Shown: one piece after another, positions 59,484 to 64,000 of the stretch
Layout of the letters: each line of letters begins with the position of its first letter
How positions within the stretch are numbered: the stretch's first letter is position 1
From: an uncultured Pelagibacteraceae bacterium
GTDB lineage: Bacteria; Pseudomonadota; Alphaproteobacteria; Pelagibacterales; Pelagibacteraceae
DNA length: 64,000 nucleotides
Reading direction: 5' to 3'
NCBI GenBank assembly: GCA_902604695.1
Contig: CACKZT010000003.1
Span: 4,685-68,684 of the forward strand
Notes under the pieces: generated by a model
What the model saw: only the letters and a program-made list of their open reading frames with translations
Told to the model about the DNA's origin: nothing
Databases searched by the model: none
Program-made: the position numbers and the translations under genes

Positions 59484-61100
59484 TTACTGATCTTTTAAAA
59501 TCATGTCAGAAGCTTTTTCTGCTATCATGATAGTTGGAGCATTTGTATTACCTGATGTTATATTTGGCATAATAGATGCATCTACTATTCTTAAATTTTG
59601 CAATCCATGAACAGATAATTTATCATTTACTACAGCTTCACTATCATTACCCATTTTGCAAGTTCCTACAGGATGAAAAATTGTTTGAGCGTAGTCACTG
59701 CCTGCTTTAACGAGTTCTTCATCATCTTTAATGTGCACCCCAGGTCTATACTCCTCCGCCTCAAATTGTTTAAAAGTTTTACTTTCAAGCATTATTTTTC
59801 TTATAAGCTTTAATCCTTGAGCTGCAACGTATCTGTCGTCTTGAGTAGACAAATAATTCATTTTAATTTTTGGGTAATCTCTACTGTCTCCGCTCACTAT
59901 ATTTATTTCACCTCTACTAGTTGGCCTAACATTTGCAACAGTTGGGGTAATCCCCTCAAAAGGGTGCATTGGAGTCACACCCAAAATATCAGTACTAACT
60001 GGCGAAACATGAAATTGTAAATTTGGTGTTGCTCTAGACGGGTCGCTTTTAGCAAATCCACATACTTGACTAGCACCCATGGTTACGGGACCACTTTGTT
60101 TAAAAATGTATTCTAATCCCATTAAAAATCTTCCAAATAAACTCTCAACTTTTCTGTTTAACGATTTTAAATTTTTTACTTTATATACAGGTCTGAACAT
60201 CAAATGATCTTGTAAATTTCTTCCAACACCTTTTAATTCATGTATCACATTAATCCCAAGTTTCTTTAATTTACTACTATCTCCAATACCTGACACCTGT
60301 AAAATATGAGGAGAACCAATAGAGCCTGCGGACAATATCACTTCTTTATTTGCTTTTATTGTATTTAATTTGTCTCCTTCATAATAGCTGACGCTTACAG
60401 CTTTTTTACCTTGAAAATTAATTTTTTGAACATGTGCTTTAACAGTAATTTTTAAGTTTGGTCTTTTTTTTGCAGGATTTAAATAACCTTTAGCGGCACT
60501 ACATCTTAATTTAAGACCAAATTTTTGACTATGAGAAGTTGTAAATTGAAAAAAACCAACTCCAAAATTATTTCCTGTATTAAAGTCTAATGTTTTAGGT
60601 ATACCCATTTCTTCAGCAGCGTTTTGAAATTCATCTAGTATTTTCAAGTCTATTTTTTTATTTGCAACTGAAATTGGACCTTCATCATTGTGAAACTCAC
60701 TTTTTCCAAGTTCATTATTTTCTGATTTTAAGAAATAAGGTAATACATTATCCCATCCCCATTCTTTATTACCTTGTTGTTGCCAGTTATCATAATCGTT
60801 ACTCTGACCCCTAATCCATAAAAGACCATTTATTGAAGAACTCCCGCCAAGAGTTTTACCCCTTGGATATCTTATTGATCTATTATTCATTGTTTCGTCT
60901 TTTTCTGTACGAAAGCACCAATCTACTTTCGGATTATGCATTGTTTTAAAATAACCAACAGGAATATGTATCCAAGGGTATGTATCTTTTCCTCCAGCTT
61001 CTAGTAAAAGAACTTTATTTTTTGGGTTTTCACTCAGTCTGTTTGCTAACACACATCCCGCTGAACCTCCGCCTATAATTATGTAATCAAATTCGCTCAT
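59484..61100 (-). CDS. GMC flavin oxidoreductase (IseJ isethionate dehydrogenase / BetA-like)
   Basis: [45 protein letters not shown]; start at ATG 61100. Confidence 0.85.
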   Translation of the reverse strand: MSEFDYIIIGGGSAGCVLANRLSENPKNKVLLLEAGGKDTYPWIHIPVGYFKTMHNPKVDWCFRTEKDETMNNRSIRYPRGKTLGGSSSINGLLWIRGQSNDYDNWQQQGNKEWGWDNVLPYFLKSENNELGKSEFHNDEGPISVANKKIDLKILDEFQNAAEEMGIPKTLDFNTGNNFGVGFFQFTTSHSQKFGLKLRCSAAKGYLNPAKKRPNLKITVKAHVQKINFQGKKAVSVSYYEGDKLNTIKANKEVILSAGSIGSPHILQVSGIGDSSKLKKLGINVIHELKGVGRNLQDHLMFRPVYKVKNLKSLNRKVESLFGRFLMGLEYIFKQSGPVTMGASQVCGFAKSDPSRATPNLQFHVSPVSTDILGVTPMHPFEGITPTVANVRPTSRGEINIVSGDSRDYPKIKMNYLSTQDDRYVAAQGLKLIRKIMLESKTFKQFEAEEYRPGVHIKDDEELVKAGSDYAQTIFHPVGTCKMGNDSEAVVNDKLSVHGLQNLRIVDASIMPNITSGNTNAPTIMIAEKASDMILKDQ

Positions 61101-61251
61101 TTTTTTTTTCAAAAACTTTATAAGTCAGTTTTTTTAGAATTACCAATATTTCTAATACAACCACAGGTTTTGTTTACTAATACAGTCAGTTTGACTTTCT
61201 TTTTTATAAGAGGTTATATTGTTTTTTTATTAATAAAAAAACGGGGGAATA

Positions 61252-62346
61252 ATGAGAAAATTATTTACAGCGGTTTTAACTTTAGTTGCATTTGTTGCTA
61301 TATCAGTAACTTCGGCTAATGCTAAAACTCTTAAATGCCAAACTGTTATCAGTGCAAAAGCTGACGAAGTGAAAATGTTAAAAGACTTCGGAAAAGACGT
61401 GTCTGACCTAACAGATGGTTCTATTAAATTTGAAATTATGCCAGCAGGTACTGTTGTTGGAGTAAAAGAAACATTAGATGCAGTCGACAAAGGACTGATA
61501 GATTGTGGATTTGCTTGGACTCACTACTGGTCTGGAGAACACCCAGCAGCTATGTTATTTGGTTCGCCGGTAGCAGGTGCAGGTGTTGGTATTGATAACA
61601 TCGCGTTCCTATCTTGGTTCCAATATGGTGGTGGTAAACAATTATATGACCAACTATGGAAAGAAATGGGAAGAAACATAAAAGGTTTTATGCTTCAACC
61701 AGTAGGTCCTGAGGCCTTAGGTTGGTTTAAAGAGCCTATAAACAGCATGGCTGACTTTAGAAAGTATAGATTTAGAACTCCTCCAGGAATTCCAGGTCAA
61801 ACTTATAAAGATATCGGTGTAGCTTCTGTTGCAATGGGTGGTGGAGATATTCTACCAGCTCTTGAAAAAGGAACTATCGATGCAGCTGAATGGTGCTGTC
61901 CAAAACCAGACAGTGTTTTTGGTTTCCAAAAAGTTCTTAAGCACTACTATCTACAAGGTTTACACCAAGTGGTAGTAAATGCTGACCTTTATGTAAATGG
62001 AGATGTTTACAAAAAGATGACTAAAAGAGAAAAGAAAGCTATGGAAGTTGCTGCTAACGCATCATTAAGTAAAGCTATGAGTTATAGAATTTACGAAAAT
62101 GGTAAAGCTTTAGCGGACTTAACTCAGAATCACGGTGTAATTTTACATGATACACCTGCTGATTATTTCCCAGCATACATGGCTGCAGCTAAGAAAAGCT
62201 TAGAAACAAACTCTGCGAAAAATAAATTTTTCAAAAAAGTTTGGGACTCACAAAAGAAATTTGCTGATATTGCAGTGCCTTTCTGGAGTGGAGCACAAAT
62301 GTCTAATGCTAAGCTAGGAATGGCTCACGCAGCTACTTTAAAATAG
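61252..62346 (+). CDS. TRAP transporter substrate-binding protein (probably sulfonate-binding)
   Basis: Signal peptide; GWFKEPI, FR.P, LEKGTIDAAEW; high-expression codon usage; context. Confidence 0.88.
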   Translation: MRKLFTAVLTLVAFVAISVTSANAKTLKCQTVISAKADEVKMLKDFGKDVSDLTDGSIKFEIMPAGTVVGVKETLDAVDKGLIDCGFAWTHYWSGEHPAAMLFGSPVAGAGVGIDNIAFLSWFQYGGGKQLYDQLWKEMGRNIKGFMLQPVGPEALGWFKEPINSMADFRKYRFRTPPGIPGQTYKDIGVASVAMGGGDILPALEKGTIDAAEWCCPKPDSVFGFQKVLKHYYLQGLHQVVVNADLYVNGDVYKKMTKREKKAMEVAANASLSKAMSYRIYENGKALADLTQNHGVILHDTPADYFPAYMAAAKKSLETNSAKNKFFKKVWDSQKKFADIAVPFWSGAQMSNAKLGMAHAATLK

Positions 62347-62366
62347 TCATAAGCACTAAGATTAAC

Positions 62367-62405
62367 AATAAAGCGGATCATTTACTTGATCCGCTTTATT
62401 TATTT
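62367..62405 (+). terminator. Stem-loop after the SBP gene (attenuating or mRNA-stabilising)
   Basis: aataaagcggatca-tttact-tgatccgctttatt. Confidence 0.8.
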
Positions 62406-62422
62406 AAGTAAAAAAGGAATTA

Positions 62423-63028
62423 ATGCCTTCAAGAACAAAATTAGATAAATCAGATGAAATGATTGCCGAAAGAAGGCAAGGTACAGGTAAGATGCCTGAT
62501 GATATGCCAAAATGGATGGCATCTTGGATTACTAATATTGATAAATGGAGTAAATGGATCGGTAATGTAGTTTGTTGGATTACAGTACCTTTAATGTTTG
62601 CAATGGTTTACGAAGTTTTGGCACGAAAGTTATTTTTAGCACCTACAATGTGGGCATACGATATGAGTAGATTTTTATACGGTGCTTTATTTATGTTAGG
62701 AGCAGGATACGCTTTATCTAGAGGTGTTCATATTAGAGCTGATTTTTTATATAGAAATTTCAAAGTTAAAACTCAAGGTCTTATCGATTTTTGGTTATAT
62801 TTGTTATTTTATTTTCCAGGCCTACTTTTTTTCTTCTATATGACTACAGGATTTGTTTTAGAGTCGATTAAAAGAGGTGAAAGAGGGATGGATACAGCTT
62901 GGATGCCTCTAATGTGGCCAATCAAAGCTTGTTTATGGTTTGGTATATTATTTTTATTAATTCAAGGAATTTCTGAAGTTTTTAAAAGTTATTATGCCGC
63001 AAAAAAAGGAAGGTGGCCTGACGCATGA
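62423..63028 (+). CDS. TRAP small permease (DctQ)
   Basis: YEV.AR, PT.WAYD, HIR.D; 4 TM. Confidence 0.9.
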   Translation: MPSRTKLDKSDEMIAERRQGTGKMPDDMPKWMASWITNIDKWSKWIGNVVCWITVPLMFAMVYEVLARKLFLAPTMWAYDMSRFLYGALFMLGAGYALSRGVHIRADFLYRNFKVKTQGLIDFWLYLLFYFPGLLFFFYMTTGFVLESIKRGERGMDTAWMPLMWPIKACLWFGILFLLIQGISEVFKSYYAAKKGRWPDA

Positions 63029-64000
63029 TAGCAGAATTAATTAATCCAGCTACCCTAGGTTTTATTCTCATTGCAGTAATGTTGTTTGCAATTTTTATTG
63101 GATTTCCAATTTCATTTACTTTAATTTTCTTAGGGTTTGTTTTTGGTTATTTAGGATTTGGAAAACTTGTTTTTTATTTAATGACCTTACAATTTTCAAT
63201 GGTCATGACCGAGCAAGCGCTAGCAGCCGTTCCACTCTTTGTCTTCATGGGTATAATGATGGAAAACGCGGGGTTAATGGAAAGACTATTCTCTGCTGTT
63301 CAACTAATGTTATCTAGAGTTCGAGGCGCATTATTTTACGCAGTTTTATTTGTTTCTGTGATTTTTGCAGCAGCTACTGGAATAGTAGGTGCGTCTGTAA
63401 CAATTCTTGGAATTATGGCCGCCAAATCAATGAATAAATCCGGGTATGACGTTAGATTAGCTGCAGGAACTATTACTGCAGGTGGAACTTTAGGAATATT
63501 AATTCCTCCAAGTATTATGTTAGTAGTTATGGGTCCAATTATGGAAATTCCAGTAACAGATTTATTTGCAGCGGCAATAATTCCTGGAATTTTGTTAGCA
63601 CTCTTATATGCAGCTTATGTGACTATTAGATGTGCTTTAAATCCCAATTTAGGCCCAGTGCTACCAGTCGAAGAGAGAGCTTCAAGCATGGGCGAAGTTT
63701 TGAAAGAATTTATTATAGGACTAGTTCCTCCAGCTTTATTAGTTTTCGCGGCTCTTGGAAGTATATTATTTGGTTATGCGACTCCAACCGAAGCAGCTGG
63801 ATGTGGGGCAGTTGGTTCTCTTTTATTAGCTTTAGTTTATAGAAAATTAACTTTACCTAAATTACAAGAAGCATTGGTCAAAACTTTGGAAATTTCTGCT
63901 TTAATAATGGTATTAGTAGCTGCATCAAATTTCTTCGGCTCAGTATTTTCCAGATTAGGTACTCCAATGGTTTTAACAGAATTTTTGCTTCAACTTGATA
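63025..64000 (+). CDS. TRAP large permease (DctM), 3'-truncated, absent from ORF track
   Basis: ATGA overlap; LAAVPLFVFMG, FAAATGIVGASV, GGTLGILIPPSIML, ATPTEAA; open to the window end. Confidence 0.9.
   Translation, partial: MIAELINPATLGFILIAVMLFAIFIGFPISFTLIFLGFVFGYLGFGKLVFYLMTLQFSMVMTEQALAAVPLFVFMGIMMENAGLMERLFSAVQLMLSRVRGALFYAVLFVSVIFAAATGIVGASVTILGIMAAKSMNKSGYDVRLAAGTITAGGTLGILIPPSIMLVVMGPIMEIPVTDLFAAAIIPGILLALLYAAYVTIRCALNPNLGPVLPVEERASSMGEVLKEFIIGLVPPALLVFAALGSILFGYATPTEAAGCGAVGSLLLALVYRKLTLPKLQEALVKTLEISALIMVLVAASNFFGSVFSRLGTPMVLTEFLLQLD

Noticed and set aside
61100-61109. T10 homopolymer at the GMC start as a phase-variation switch
   Set aside because: It lies upstream of the likely ATG, and long A/T runs are common throughout this AT-rich window
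918-63842. Many 60-106 aa overlapping or antisense ORFs in the track (e.g. 918-1238, 3689-4006, 8688-8945, 53407-53652, 61230-61490, 63630-63842)
   Set aside because: Shadow frames of well-supported genes with no recognisable motifs
1-64000. CRISPR arrays, tRNA/rRNA genes, prophage, IS or defence systems
   Set aside because: No regularly spaced repeats, cloverleafs, integrases, transposases or nuclease/defence domains were seen

Overview
An AT-rich, very densely packed chromosomal window from a streamlined marine alphaproteobacterium; gene content and order fit SAR11/Pelagibacteraceae (inferred, not searched). I found no tRNA, rRNA, CRISPR, integrase or transposase. Main blocks: (1) livF/livJ, csaA, acnA-prpD and an outer-membrane beta-barrel; (2) a tandem glycine riboswitch with gcvTHP, running straight into a light/oxidative-stress block of about 13 kb (UfaD/UfaO/UfaM-like furan- or cyclopropane-lipid genes, TspO, secreted MsrA, an inverted-domain photolyase, an Fe-S-less (6-4)-type photolyase, DUF2256, DUF393, DUF2237); (3) housekeeping genes hisI, folE, acuI, LysR, rseP, HU, amtB, recX, cysQ, mnmA, metC and a CADD-type pABA synthase; (4) an organosulfonate-to-sulfite cluster of about 20 kb (AprMBA, TauE, SuyAB, Xsc, HpsO-like SDRs, IseJ-like GMC, TRAP) with no sat gene in the window, but with a small HxGH nucleotidyltransferase and a HIT hydrolase flanking apr. 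Best leads: a structured ncRNA of about 170 nt after mnmA, an unannotated 27-aa K/R-rich ORF with a perfect RBS, a possible Sat-independent APS-turnover module, and riboswitch-coupled lipid-modification genes. Family assignments come from motif recognition by eye.
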